DNA of 64,000 bases. Source: a virus. A program made the position numbers and the translations under genes. The notes beneath the pieces were generated by a model. The model was not told the DNA's origin and did no database searches. It saw only the letters and a program-made list of their open reading frames with translations. Shown here piece by piece: positions 1-9,056 of the stretch; the first letter of the stretch is position 1, and each line of letters opens with the position of its first letter. The stretch is taken from positions 3,932 through 67,931 of IMG/VR virus record IMGVR_UViG_3300043436_002865; one strand, given 5' to 3'.

Positions 1-155
1 TCTGAACCTTCAATTAAACTGGCTTTAAAATCAAAGCAAGCTGAGCCAGTAGTTGCAAACTCTGGAAGGTATGCTGATTCGTGTGTTTTATAAAATGATA
101 AAGTAGGGGTCATTGCTGATTCGTGAGTTTTATAAAATGATAAGGTAGTGGTCAT
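1..155 (-). CDS. dut: dUTPase, 5' part only (runs off the window)
   Basis: Manual translation MTTTLSFYKTHESAMTPTLSFYKTHESAYLPEFATTGSACFDFKAS; ATxGSACFD matches trimeric dUTPase motif 1; ATGA overlap with the upstream ORF. Confidence 0.8.
   Translation of the reverse strand, partial: MTTTLSFYKTHESAMTPTLSFYKTHESAYLPEFATTGSACFDFKASLIEGS
72..155. repeat. 42-bp in-frame tandem duplication at the dUTPase N-terminus
   Basis: 72-113 vs 114-155 identical at 39/42 positions. Confidence 0.95.
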
Positions 156-343
156 TGCGTATCCATAAGGTCAATATCAGTAATCAAATCGAAAAGGTCT
201 TCTAAAGTTGTACATACAATCTTTTTGTTGACCCAATCGTCTGTGTCAGTTCTTCCACTAATATTTACAATATACCCATTTTCACAAAGAGTTATCTCAA
301 AGCTGTCATTAACAGTTTTAAATTTTTCTAGAAAAACTTTCAT
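152..343 (-). CDS. hypothetical protein
   Basis: 63 aa ORF with start/stop overlaps to both neighbours. Confidence 0.75.
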   Translation of the reverse strand: MKVFLEKFKTVNDSFEITLCENGYIVNISGRTDTDDWVNKKIVCTTLEDLFDLITDIDLMDTQ

Positions 344-585
344 TAGTTGGCCTCTTTAATGTTTGTTTCGGGTTTAAACCAGTCTTTACCGTTAACCCGA
401 ATAAACGGCTTATTAGTTTCACTCTTGTTAGGGTTTGCAATAGCAACCATAGTACGCTTTCCAGCACGGAAAGCTTTAAGCTGATTCATCAGCTTATCTG
501 CCGGGTTTTTAGTAGCAGTTTTAACCGACGAGCTACGCAAGCCCATCGACACTTTACCCTTAGACTTACCGCCTTTTTTAGCCAT
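343..585 (-). CDS. small basic hypothetical protein
   Basis: 80 aa Lys-rich ORF with AAGGAA SD and upstream promoter. Confidence 0.8.
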   Translation of the reverse strand: MAKKGGKSKGKVSMGLRSSSVKTATKNPADKLMNQLKAFRAGKRTMVAIANPNKSETNKPFIRVNGKDWFKPETNIKEAN

Positions 586-628
586 AGTATAATTCCTTTT
601 TATTTGGTGTGTTGTTTGTTTATAATTA

Positions 629-657
629 AATATACTCTATAAAACACGCGGCAGCAA
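629..657 (-). promoter_or_regulatory. sigma70-type promoter
   Basis: TTGCTG-N17-TATATT. Confidence 0.55.
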
Positions 658-874
658 CTAAAAATTTACATAAAGTAGTGCAAGCCTAGCAGTCTTTTTA
701 CAATTTCAGAAATCGGATTATCTAGATTAGGTTTGGGAGCTAATTTTGTACTAATAGGCTCTTGTACGCTTAGGTATATTCTATATCCTATAGCTCTATG
801 AATTTTCTTTAAATATTTTTTAAGCACAAAATACACTGTAACTACCATTCTTAAAATAAAATTATTTTTGCTAC

Positions 875-903
875 TTGCCATTTTTATCAACCTGCGGTAT
901 AAT
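875..903 (+). promoter_or_regulatory. strong sigma70-type promoter of the curli/cyclase operon; transcript probably leaderless
   Basis: TTGCCA-N17-TATAAT; ATG lies 8 nt after the -10 box with no SD. Confidence 0.75.
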
Positions 904-911
904 AGACTTAT

Positions 912-1412
912 ATGAAACATACTATGTTATTATTAAGTTTATTGCTGCTATTAGGTTGCAATAAGTTTGAAATCACAAAAAAAGAAGCTACGCCAGTAAC
1001 TGAAAGTCTTATATACTCTGCTTGGAGTTACATAGGTAAAAGCGAAAGATATGATAGACGCTATTTGTCGGAACTACTAACAGTAGATCCGGTAACTACT
1101 GAGTGGTGTGCTGCTTTTGTTAATTCAGTACTAAAAGAAAATAACATACCTACTAGCGACCATAATCTATTAGCTAAAAGTTTCTTAGAGTGGGGAACTA
1201 AAGTTCCTAAAGAAGAAATACAAAAAGGCGATATAGTTATATTTCCAAGAGGGAATATGAGCTGGCAGGGGCATGTAGGTTTTTACGTTGGTTCTACTAA
1301 AATAGGAGTAACAGAATTTTACTCTATACTCGGAGGAAACCAAGAGAATAAAGTTAGTATAGACTTATATAGAGCCAGTCGTGCTATAGGTATCAGACGT
1401 TATATACCTTAA
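912..1412 (+). CDS. TIGR02594-type NlpC/P60/CHAP-like peptidoglycan hydrolase, lipoprotein
   Basis: WCAAFV, GDIVIFPRG, GHVGF and LGGNQ motifs; lipobox LLGC. Confidence 0.8.
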   Translation: MKHTMLLLSLLLLLGCNKFEITKKEATPVTESLIYSAWSYIGKSERYDRRYLSELLTVDPVTTEWCAAFVNSVLKENNIPTSDHNLLAKSFLEWGTKVPKEEIQKGDIVIFPRGNMSWQGHVGFYVGSTKIGVTEFYSILGGNQENKVSIDLYRASRAIGIRRYIP

Positions 1413-1453
1413 CAAAAATATAAGCAAATGTCAAGTTTAAAAAGGATTTATAC

Positions 1454-1732
1454 ATGGATTTTCTAAATTTAGTAACAGAAGTAGGATTTCCTATAGCTTC
1501 TTCATTAGCTGGTGGGTTTTTCGTATTCTTAACACTTAGATTTATTCTTGATGGCGTGCTTGGCAGTATTAAAACTCAGCGATCATTTGTAATAGCTTTA
1601 GATAATAGAGTAAAGACTATGAATAATGAACTAGTGAGAATTGACGTACTTATATGTAACGCTTTTAATGTTAGACCAGACTTAGATAGAATTGCAAGAG
1701 CTGATGGCCAGAAAGATGCCAGAAAAGATTAA
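1454..1732 (+). CDS. small single-pass membrane protein (GFPI motif plus coiled coil)
   Basis: VGFPIA TM segment, then DNRVKTMNNELVRID; paralogous to 3886..4209. Confidence 0.75.
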   Translation: MDFLNLVTEVGFPIASSLAGGFFVFLTLRFILDGVLGSIKTQRSFVIALDNRVKTMNNELVRIDVLICNAFNVRPDLDRIARADGQKDARKD

Positions 1733-1751
1733 AACTAATAAGGAGTAGTCT

Positions 1752-2093
1752 ATGGATTTTCTTATAGGACTAGCACTAACTGCTCATTTAGGGTTTGGAA
1801 ATAATGTTAATGATTTTCATCCTACGTTGCAGTTACAAAATAATTCTTTTATAGCAGGAGCATTTTATAATAGTGAGTCTAATGCTAGTTTATATGCTGG
1901 ATTTATACGGGATATAGGTAAGATAGATATTGAATTTGGACTAGCTACAGGATACTCTACGAGTTCTGTAGTGCCTTTTGTAAGAGGCGTTTATAATGTA
2001 AATGATAATATTAATGTATTTGTGGTGCCCGCACCAAGAAAGGACGGTAATTTAGGAATAGTACTAGGTACCCAGATACACTGGAGAAATTAA
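1752..2093 (+). CDS. small outer-membrane beta-barrel-like protein
   Basis: Signal-like N-terminus, alternating beta-strand pattern, GAFYNS and GLATGY motifs; AGGAG SD. Confidence 0.55.
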   Translation: MDFLIGLALTAHLGFGNNVNDFHPTLQLQNNSFIAGAFYNSESNASLYAGFIRDIGKIDIEFGLATGYSTSSVVPFVRGVYNVNDNINVFVVPAPRKDGNLGIVLGTQIHWRN

Positions 2094-3869
2094 GTGAATA
2101 AAATAATACTAAACAGTTTAGCAGTTTTAATGATTACTACTGCGGCTCTTGCAGATAGTTCTAGTTTGCAAGGTTCTGGAATGGGTCTACTAGAAAATCA
2201 ATGGGTAAAAGCAGGAATAAATAAAGACTCGGGAACCTTTGGGTCTGGAGGAAATACTTCTCCTGGATTGTTATTTGACCCAACAGGTACTGGAACATTT
2301 AATGCTGGTTATGACTACCTAACTCCAGGTGCTCCTTTTGACGGTCAGTCACTAAAAATTGATGGTACAAACTATACCAATAATAATGGTGGAGGAAGTA
2401 CTATAGCTGCAACCGATACTTTAGTAGATGGTACAGATAGTTTAACTTGGACTGGCTCAGTAGCTGGATGGATTATTGAAAATATATTTACACTTGGCGA
2501 CGATAAACCCTACGTTGATGTAACTACTAGAATTACGGCTGGCAGTGCAGCTACAGACGTGTGGTATTCTAAATTTATAGATCCAGATTCTCAAGGTATG
2601 CCCGGAGATAGTTCTGCTACCGATAACGTATTAGGTTATGGTACTATTCCTATTGATAATGTTGCTTTTTCTGAAGCTACAGTATCAAGATATGCTCTTG
2701 GTTTATACTCTACCGATTCTTATGTTTCTGCGGGTATAAATAATTGGAGTTCTCAAGCAGACTCTTATACTAATGCAGATATATATGGCAGCGGTGCTAC
2801 ATATGGTAATGGTGACGACACTATAGGACTAAGCTGGTATTGGTCTGGAGTATCTGTTGGAGATATTCTTGAAGCTAATTATGCTTATATATTTGGCCCT
2901 AGTTCTTTTGCCGCTCTAACTAGTGCAATTTCTGGCGGAGCTGGTGGTGGTGTTGATGTTACTGGAGGAGCAGGAGTTACTGATATTGGTTCTGCTACAG
3001 ATGCAGCTGCAGGTGGCGGTAGTACTCCAGTTATTACTACTGCGACTATTGTAAACTCAGCTCTACCAGTACTAACAGCTAGTATAACAAGTCATACTTC
3101 TAGCGTAGCTGACGACGTTCAAACTATCTCTAGAGCACTTACCACAACTACAACTACTCCTATGGTAACAGTTACTTATACTGATGGAGTCGAAACTTCT
3201 AGAGTAACTACAACTAGCGTAATTAGCACTGTAGTAACTAATCCAGGTGCTTTTACTGGTAGAGTAGATCAAGTTAAAATACTATCCCTAGATAATCAAA
3301 AACTACGTTTTAAGGCAGGTATTACTGGTGTATATAATGAAGCTATGTACGTAGGCTTAGGAAAAGATTTCGATAGCGGACTGAACTTAGCTTTTGGATT
3401 TGTTAAAAAGGACGGCGACAAAAAGATTGGTCTATCTGTAAACAGCAACGGTTTTAGTTTAGGAGTTGCTAAAGTTATGGCTAATCACGAATACTCTAGA
3501 ACTATAGGTGATTTTACTAATGCAGGAAGCACCTCTGAAGATGGTTATGAGTTACTAGTAGATTATAAAAGCGATAAAAAAGGGTTTTCTCCTATTTTAG
3601 GGCTTACTATAGGATCTACAACTGTAAGCAGTTGGGCTGAAAGCGGTGCTATTCAATCTGCATTATCTTATGATGAAATTAAACAATCATATAACATATT
3701 AACTCTAGGTGCTGGATATAATACTGATAATTTTGGTATTTATACTTCTTACAACACAGCTTCAGAACTTGATGTTTCACTAACCGTAAAAGATATAGAA
3801 GTTGGCATGGTTAGAGACATGGATAATGACACTAGTGCTTTTGCGCTAGGATACTCTTTTAGCTTTTAA
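2094..3869 (+). CDS. autotransporter-like outer-membrane protein
   Basis: Signal peptide, Gly/Asp/Thr-rich passenger, Gly- and Thr-rich linker, C-terminal amphipathic strands ending YSFSF. Confidence 0.7.
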   Translation: MNKIILNSLAVLMITTAALADSSSLQGSGMGLLENQWVKAGINKDSGTFGSGGNTSPGLLFDPTGTGTFNAGYDYLTPGAPFDGQSLKIDGTNYTNNNGGGSTIAATDTLVDGTDSLTWTGSVAGWIIENIFTLGDDKPYVDVTTRITAGSAATDVWYSKFIDPDSQGMPGDSSATDNVLGYGTIPIDNVAFSEATVSRYALGLYSTDSYVSAGINNWSSQADSYTNADIYGSGATYGNGDDTIGLSWYWSGVSVGDILEANYAYIFGPSSFAALTSAISGGAGGGVDVTGGAGVTDIGSATDAAAGGGSTPVITTATIVNSALPVLTASITSHTSSVADDVQTISRALTTTTTTPMVTVTYTDGVETSRVTTTSVISTVVTNPGAFTGRVDQVKILSLDNQKLRFKAGITGVYNEAMYVGLGKDFDSGLNLAFGFVKKDGDKKIGLSVNSNGFSLGVAKVMANHEYSRTIGDFTNAGSTSEDGYELLVDYKSDKKGFSPILGLTIGSTTVSSWAESGAIQSALSYDEIKQSYNILTLGAGYNTDNFGIYTSYNTASELDVSLTVKDIEVGMVRDMDNDTSAFALGYSFSF

Positions 3870-3885
3870 TTATTAAGGAATAAAT

Positions 3886-4209
3886 ATGGATCTAACAAAC
3901 ATTGCTTCAGCAATTAATCAATACGGATTTCCGATTATAGCAGCTTTTGGGCTAGGATACTTTATATACTATATATGGACTTGGGTTACCCAAGAAGTTG
4001 ATCCGGTTGTAAATGAATCTCATATGACACTAATAGCTCTTATAGACAGAATACGAATGCTAGATAATGATATTATAAGATTAAATACAAAACTAAACAT
4101 GATTCTACAAGAACAAGAAAGAAAAAATAGAGGAGCAAACAATGAGAATACTGCTGATAGCGATACTAGCACTAGCCCCATTCAAAGCAATAGCTCAAGA
4201 AGCTTATAA
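3886..4209 (+). CDS. small single-pass membrane protein (GFPI motif plus coiled coil)
   Basis: YGFPIIAA TM segment, then IDRIRMLDNDIIRLN; paralogous to 1454..1732. Confidence 0.75.
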   Translation: MDLTNIASAINQYGFPIIAAFGLGYFIYYIWTWVTQEVDPVVNESHMTLIALIDRIRMLDNDIIRLNTKLNMILQEQERKNRGANNENTADSDTSTSPIQSNSSRSL

Positions 4210-4579
4210 CTTTAATAATCCTTCTTTTTCTGGAGTCGGATATTCTTCTCATGTGTTAACGCTAGAGCAGATGACACAGAACGCCGAACAAAAAGAAAAA
4301 GATAGAATACAGGCAGAAATAGACGAAGCTCTAAGAGACGAAGAAAACTCTAACTTAAATAGATTTATAAACAACTTTGAATCTAGAGTTTATGCTCAAT
4401 TATCTAAAAAACTAGTAGAAACACTATTTAGTGAAGATGCTACTTCTTATGGATCTTTTGAACTGGCTGGTAATACTGTAGAATATGTAAACGATGGAAT
4501 TGATGTTAGTCTAACTATAATAGGTCCAGACGGTAGTACTACAAGTATAACTATACCTATAGGGAGTTTAGGCTTATGA
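4142..4579 (+). CDS. csgF: curli assembly protein CsgF-like
   Basis: Signal peptide followed by YNFNNPSFSG (CsgF FxNPxFxG N-terminus); directly upstream of csgG. Confidence 0.8.
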   Translation: MRILLIAILALAPFKAIAQEAYNFNNPSFSGVGYSSHVLTLEQMTQNAEQKEKDRIQAEIDEALRDEENSNLNRFINNFESRVYAQLSKKLVETLFSEDATSYGSFELAGNTVEYVNDGIDVSLTIIGPDGSTTSITIPIGSLGL

Positions 4580-5307
4580 GGCTATACTTACTACCATTAC
4601 TTCTACTAGCATCTTGTTCTACTGCTACAGTACAACCGCTGTTAGAGCCAAAAATAGTTGAAGATATTCAATATAGTAGTCCAGCTCCTAAAAAAGGTCC
4701 TATAATAGTAGGAGTATACTCTTATACAGATATGACAGGGCAGAGACAAGGAACTGGGCTATCTTCTGCAGTTACTCAGGGGGCTGAAAACTATTTAATA
4801 GATGGTCTAAAAGACTATAGTAATGGAACATGGTTTAGAGTTCTAGAACGAAAAAATATAGAGAATATTATTAAAGAAAGACAGATAATAAGATCAGCTA
4901 TGGATGAAGTTAATCCTGAGTCTGAGCTTCCTTCTATGTTATACGCAGGTATGTTAGTAGAAGGTGGTATAGTTGGTTATGATGCAAATACTTTATCAGG
5001 CGGCGATGGTGTAAGAGTTTTTGGAATAGGTGTTTCTGAAAAATATACTAAGCACACGGTTACTGTAGCTATAAGAGCTATATCAGTAGCTACTTCAGAA
5101 GTACTAGCATCTATTCTGGTAGAGAAAGAAATATTAAGTACTACAGACAACTTAACAACCACTAAATTTTTTGACTTAGATAGAAAGGTAATAGAGATAG
5201 AATCAGGTACTACTACTAACGAAGCTTCTAACTACGCAGTACGCTCAGCTGTTAACAAAGCTGTTCACGAACTAGTATTAGAAGGTTTAAGCAATAAATT
5301 GTGGTAG
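4576..5307 (+). CDS. csgG: curli secretion channel CsgG/HfaB family lipoprotein
   Basis: Lipobox LASC; VYSYTDMTGQR, SSAVTQG, WFRVLER, ERQII and EGGIVGYD motifs. Confidence 0.92.
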   Translation: MRLYLLPLLLLASCSTATVQPLLEPKIVEDIQYSSPAPKKGPIIVGVYSYTDMTGQRQGTGLSSAVTQGAENYLIDGLKDYSNGTWFRVLERKNIENIIKERQIIRSAMDEVNPESELPSMLYAGMLVEGGIVGYDANTLSGGDGVRVFGIGVSEKYTKHTVTVAIRAISVATSEVLASILVEKEILSTTDNLTTTKFFDLDRKVIEIESGTTTNEASNYAVRSAVNKAVHELVLEGLSNKLW

Positions 5308-5318
5308 GGAGAAACAAA

Positions 5319-6002
5319 ATGAAAAGCTTATTATGGGCTATACCCTTAATAATAATAGCTTCAAGTGTGTACGCAGATCAAAGCGTATACATTGATCAAG
5401 TAAGTGGTGATAACCTAATATTTGATGTTATTCAAAGAAACGGAGATGGTAACAAAGTTGGAGATTCATCTGCTCCATCTCCATATTTAGTGATAGACGG
5501 TTCTAATCAGACAATAACTGTTTTACAAGATGGTTCTAGCAATAAGCTAACAGGCACTATAGAGGCTACCACTCTATCTTTTAACTTAACTAATACTGGT
5601 GACTCTAATTTAATGGATTTTATAATAGCTAACGGTGACAATAGCGATTATTTGATCTCTTATACCGGTAGTGGAAATGAGCTAAGCTGGACTTCAGGCT
5701 CTTCTGTTTCTTCATCCTACGCAGATATAGATTATGATATTATAGGAGACTACAATATATTTACTATAGGTGTAGAATCTGATGGAGCTAAACAAGACTT
5801 AACTTACTCTGGAGACGAAAACGAAGTTACTATAACTCAAATAGGATACGGCTCTGCAGTAGGTGGGCATATTATTATACATAACTTAGTTGGAGATTCT
5901 AACATAGTTGATATTACGCAAGAAACTACTCTAGCAGCCTCGGTGATTAACCTTGATACGAATGGCAGTAATCAAACTATTACTATTACTCAGTCTGACT
6001 AA
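5319..6002 (+). CDS. curlin-like (CsgA/CsgB-type) beta-solenoid repeat protein
   Basis: Signal peptide; recurring GxxN turns (GDGN, GSSN, GDSN, GSGN, GDYN, GDEN, GDSN) with Q-containing strands; follows csgG; start moved to ATG 5319 (GGAG SD). Confidence 0.7.
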   Translation: MKSLLWAIPLIIIASSVYADQSVYIDQVSGDNLIFDVIQRNGDGNKVGDSSAPSPYLVIDGSNQTITVLQDGSSNKLTGTIEATTLSFNLTNTGDSNLMDFIIANGDNSDYLISYTGSGNELSWTSGSSVSSSYADIDYDIIGDYNIFTIGVESDGAKQDLTYSGDENEVTITQIGYGSAVGGHIIIHNLVGDSNIVDITQETTLAASVINLDTNGSNQTITITQSD

Positions 6003-6993
6003 CTCTGCTTTTGCTAATATAGGATCTGTTACTGAGTATAAAGGTTCTGGCGTATTAGAGAGAGAAGCAGATATTTTAGAAACTACTTTAGATTTACCGG
6101 TAGAAACCAATGATTTTGTTGTTACAGCTAAAGGAGTTGTGGGAATAACTTTTGAAGATGACACTCAAGTAAGGGTGGGAGAACATAGTGAGCTATTAAT
6201 AGACGATTTTGTTTATGATCCTAATAGCTCTTCTGGATCTTTAGGGTTAAAAGTAGCTATGGGTACTGTTAAATATGCTTCTGGTAGTATAGCTCATAAC
6301 AACCCTGATACTGTAGATATACAAACTCCGTCAGCTACTATAGCTGTTAGAGGAACTGCATTTTCTATGACTGTAGACGAACTAGGTAGTTCTTTAGTTA
6401 TACTGCTACCTAACTTTGATGGTAGCGTAGGAGAAATTATTGTAGGCACAGATGCTGGTCAAGTAATACTTAATAAAGCATTTCAAGCTACTTCAGTATC
6501 TGGAAGAGATGCTAAACCTAAACAGCCTGTGATACTAGCTATAGATGAAAGCATGATAAATAACTTATTAATTATTGCACCGCCTAAAAGAGTAGTTAAA
6601 GAGTTAGTAGAAGAAAATAAAAATAATCCGTTAGCTATAAATTTTTTAGACTATGACGAATTAGGTGAGGATCTATTAGCTTCTACAGATTTAGCATTTG
6701 ATACTTTAACTATAAACGAATTAATAACAAATCTACTAGGTAATATGTTAGCTAATGTTTTTAATTCAGATATTGACGGAAGAATAGCAGGTTTTAATAA
6801 TGAGACAGGCGTATACACTTTTATAGACGATTCTAGGGCTAGAGTAGCAAGATATTCTGCTAATAGCTATGTTGATGTATTTTTTACTCAAGAATCGGGT
6901 ATAAATATGTCATTATTTCAAACGGATGCAGAAGTATATATAAATACACTAGATCCAGGATCAGATAACTTACTAAGGATTAATCAACAATGA
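5962..6993 (+). CDS. FecR-domain periplasmic protein
   Basis: ITFEDDTQVRVGEHSEL and IQTPSATIAVRGTAF FecR motifs; signal peptide. Confidence 0.85.
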   Translation: MAVIKLLLLLSLTNSAFANIGSVTEYKGSGVLEREADILETTLDLPVETNDFVVTAKGVVGITFEDDTQVRVGEHSELLIDDFVYDPNSSSGSLGLKVAMGTVKYASGSIAHNNPDTVDIQTPSATIAVRGTAFSMTVDELGSSLVILLPNFDGSVGEIIVGTDAGQVILNKAFQATSVSGRDAKPKQPVILAIDESMINNLLIIAPPKRVVKELVEENKNNPLAINFLDYDELGEDLLASTDLAFDTLTINELITNLLGNMLANVFNSDIDGRIAGFNNETGVYTFIDDSRARVARYSANSYVDVFFTQESGINMSLFQTDAEVYINTLDPGSDNLLRINQQ

Positions 6994-9023
6994 AATTTTT
7001 ATTATCTCCGCTACAAGCCTGCGTAACTTCGTTACTGTTAATATGGGCTATAATGTCTAACACTACACTATTGCAAAACATAGAACTAAAGTTTTATGAC
7101 CAGCTTATAGTGTCAGAAGTTATTGAGTCAAGCGATGCAGTGCTAATAGATATAGGTGAAGCATCTCTAGAACAATACGGTCAATATCCTTTTGAACGTA
7201 ATGTTTATGGAGAACTAATTAGTAAACTTAGAGATGCAAATGCTGGTGTGATAGTATTTAATATGTCATTCCCAGAAGAGGATAGAACAGGCAATGATGA
7301 GTCTTTTAAAGCTATGCTGGGAAATGGTGTTGTTATCTCACACTTCCCTTCGACACAAACTGACGGGCGAGCAGCCTATACTACTGGTATTGTGGAAGTT
7401 GGTCCACGTGCTCTTCCTTATGTTCCTAGCTATAGCGGCATTGCTGCTAATATTAGCGAGTATGAAGATAGGGCTAGCGGAATTGGTATTGCAAACACTA
7501 TACCAGAGATTGATGGAGTTGTACGTCGTCTTCCAATGATATCTGCAGTAGACGAAACACTATATCCGTCTATTGTTCTTGAGATTTTAAAAGTTTATAT
7601 GAACACTAATACTTACCAAGTAAAATCTAATGATCTTGGTGTAGAAGCTGTACGAGTAAAAGGCTTTCCCACTATAAACACCGATGGTAACGCTAGAATA
7701 TGGATAAATCCTAATTATAGTTTTAAGCGATACGAAATGACTGAAGAGTTTCCAGATTTACAAGGAGCTACAGTTTTTATAGGAGTTACAGCTGAAGGTA
7801 TATCAAATCCTGTACCAACAGCTACAGGAGCTGCCTTTGGTCATGAAGTTACTGCTAAAGCATTTACATCAGTAGTTAATTCTTATAACATATCGTCTCC
7901 AGTATTTAGCGATGCTATAAAAATTCTTACAATGATAGCACTAAGTATTGCTATAATTAGTTTTTCATATATTAAATATGGCTGGGTTGCTTCAATTATC
8001 GCAGTAGGCTATGCTATAGTATTTCCGTTTCAACAGTTCTATTTATACGCAGAGCTATATAACACAGCACTACCAGCTATAATGAGCATACTAATATTTG
8101 CACATGTGTATGGGCTAAAGTATGGTCAAGAGTATTTTGCTAAACTTCGTATTAAAAAGCAGTTTGGAGGGTATGCGTCTCCTGAAGTTGTTGAGATATT
8201 ACAACGCAATCCTGATCTTATTAAACACGGAATGAAACGAGAAGTTTCAATCTGCTTTAGCGATCTTCGCGGATTCACACCGCTTGGTGAATCGTTCGGG
8301 GATGATGTAAAAGGTCTAACAGAAGTAATGAACGGATATATGGATGCTATCACTCAGCCTGTTTTAGATGCCAAAGGTATGATAATTAAGTATATAGGCG
8401 ACGCTTCTATGCACATTCACAATGCACCTATTGAAGATCCTAACCATGCTAAATCAGCTGTTCAAACAGGTCTAAACATGTTAAAAGCGGTAGAAACTTT
8501 CAATGAAAAGCTAGTTGCAAGCGGTCGTCCTCGTGTAGGTATGGGTGCAGGTATTAATACTGGACTAGGTTATATTGGAGAAATGGGTAGTACTGCTAGA
8601 CACTCTTACGATGTTCTTGGTGATGCGGTTTCAACTACTGCACGACTAGAAGGACAATGTAAAGCTTATGGAGTACTACTGATAATTGGTCCTAGCACGT
8701 ACGAGCAAACTAAAGATGACTTCTTTTATCTCAAACTTGATGATCTTGCTGTAAAAGGTAAGAGCGTTGGACTAGAAATATATACTGTGTTACAAGATCC
8801 CAAGCCTGAGTGGGCTAAGCTAAAAGAAATTCATACTGAAATGCTAAAACTATACAGACAAAAACAATTTAAAAAAGCAATAATTTTATGTGAGTCACTA
8901 AAAGGTAATTTTAATAATCAAATGAATGGATACTATGATATGTGGATTGAGCGTTGTAATTTTATGGAAACTCAACCACTACCAGATAATTGGGATGGTA
9001 TTTTTAGAGCTACCACTAAATGA
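6990..9023 (+). CDS. CHASE2-domain class III adenylate/guanylate cyclase
   Basis: CHASE2 motifs (IDIGEASL..GQYPF.R, DGVVRRLP), TM helices, cyclase motifs FSDLRGFT, IKYIGDA, GINTG, YDVLGDAVSTTARLE. Confidence 0.93.
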   Translation: MKFLLSPLQACVTSLLLIWAIMSNTTLLQNIELKFYDQLIVSEVIESSDAVLIDIGEASLEQYGQYPFERNVYGELISKLRDANAGVIVFNMSFPEEDRTGNDESFKAMLGNGVVISHFPSTQTDGRAAYTTGIVEVGPRALPYVPSYSGIAANISEYEDRASGIGIANTIPEIDGVVRRLPMISAVDETLYPSIVLEILKVYMNTNTYQVKSNDLGVEAVRVKGFPTINTDGNARIWINPNYSFKRYEMTEEFPDLQGATVFIGVTAEGISNPVPTATGAAFGHEVTAKAFTSVVNSYNISSPVFSDAIKILTMIALSIAIISFSYIKYGWVASIIAVGYAIVFPFQQFYLYAELYNTALPAIMSILIFAHVYGLKYGQEYFAKLRIKKQFGGYASPEVVEILQRNPDLIKHGMKREVSICFSDLRGFTPLGESFGDDVKGLTEVMNGYMDAITQPVLDAKGMIIKYIGDASMHIHNAPIEDPNHAKSAVQTGLNMLKAVETFNEKLVASGRPRVGMGAGINTGLGYIGEMGSTARHSYDVLGDAVSTTARLEGQCKAYGVLLIIGPSTYEQTKDDFFYLKLDDLAVKGKSVGLEIYTVLQDPKPEWAKLKEIHTEMLKLYRQKQFKKAIILCESLKGNFNNQMNGYYDMWIERCNFMETQPLPDNWDGIFRATTK

Positions 9024-9024
9024 A

Positions 9025-9056
9025 AATAACGCCACCTTTTGGGTGGCGTTTTTTAT
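9025..9056. terminator. bidirectional rho-independent terminator
   Basis: AACGCCACC-TTTTG-GGTGGCGTT followed by a T-tract, between convergent genes. Confidence 0.85.

Noticed and set aside
666-920. 84 aa minus-strand ORF
   Set aside because: Overlaps the divergent promoter, has no clear SD or motif; a shorter version cannot be excluded.
5305-5322. Readthrough of the csgG TAG into the curlin-like gene
   Set aside because: The frame reads GGA GAA ACA AAA TGA, adding only a few residues with no fusion.
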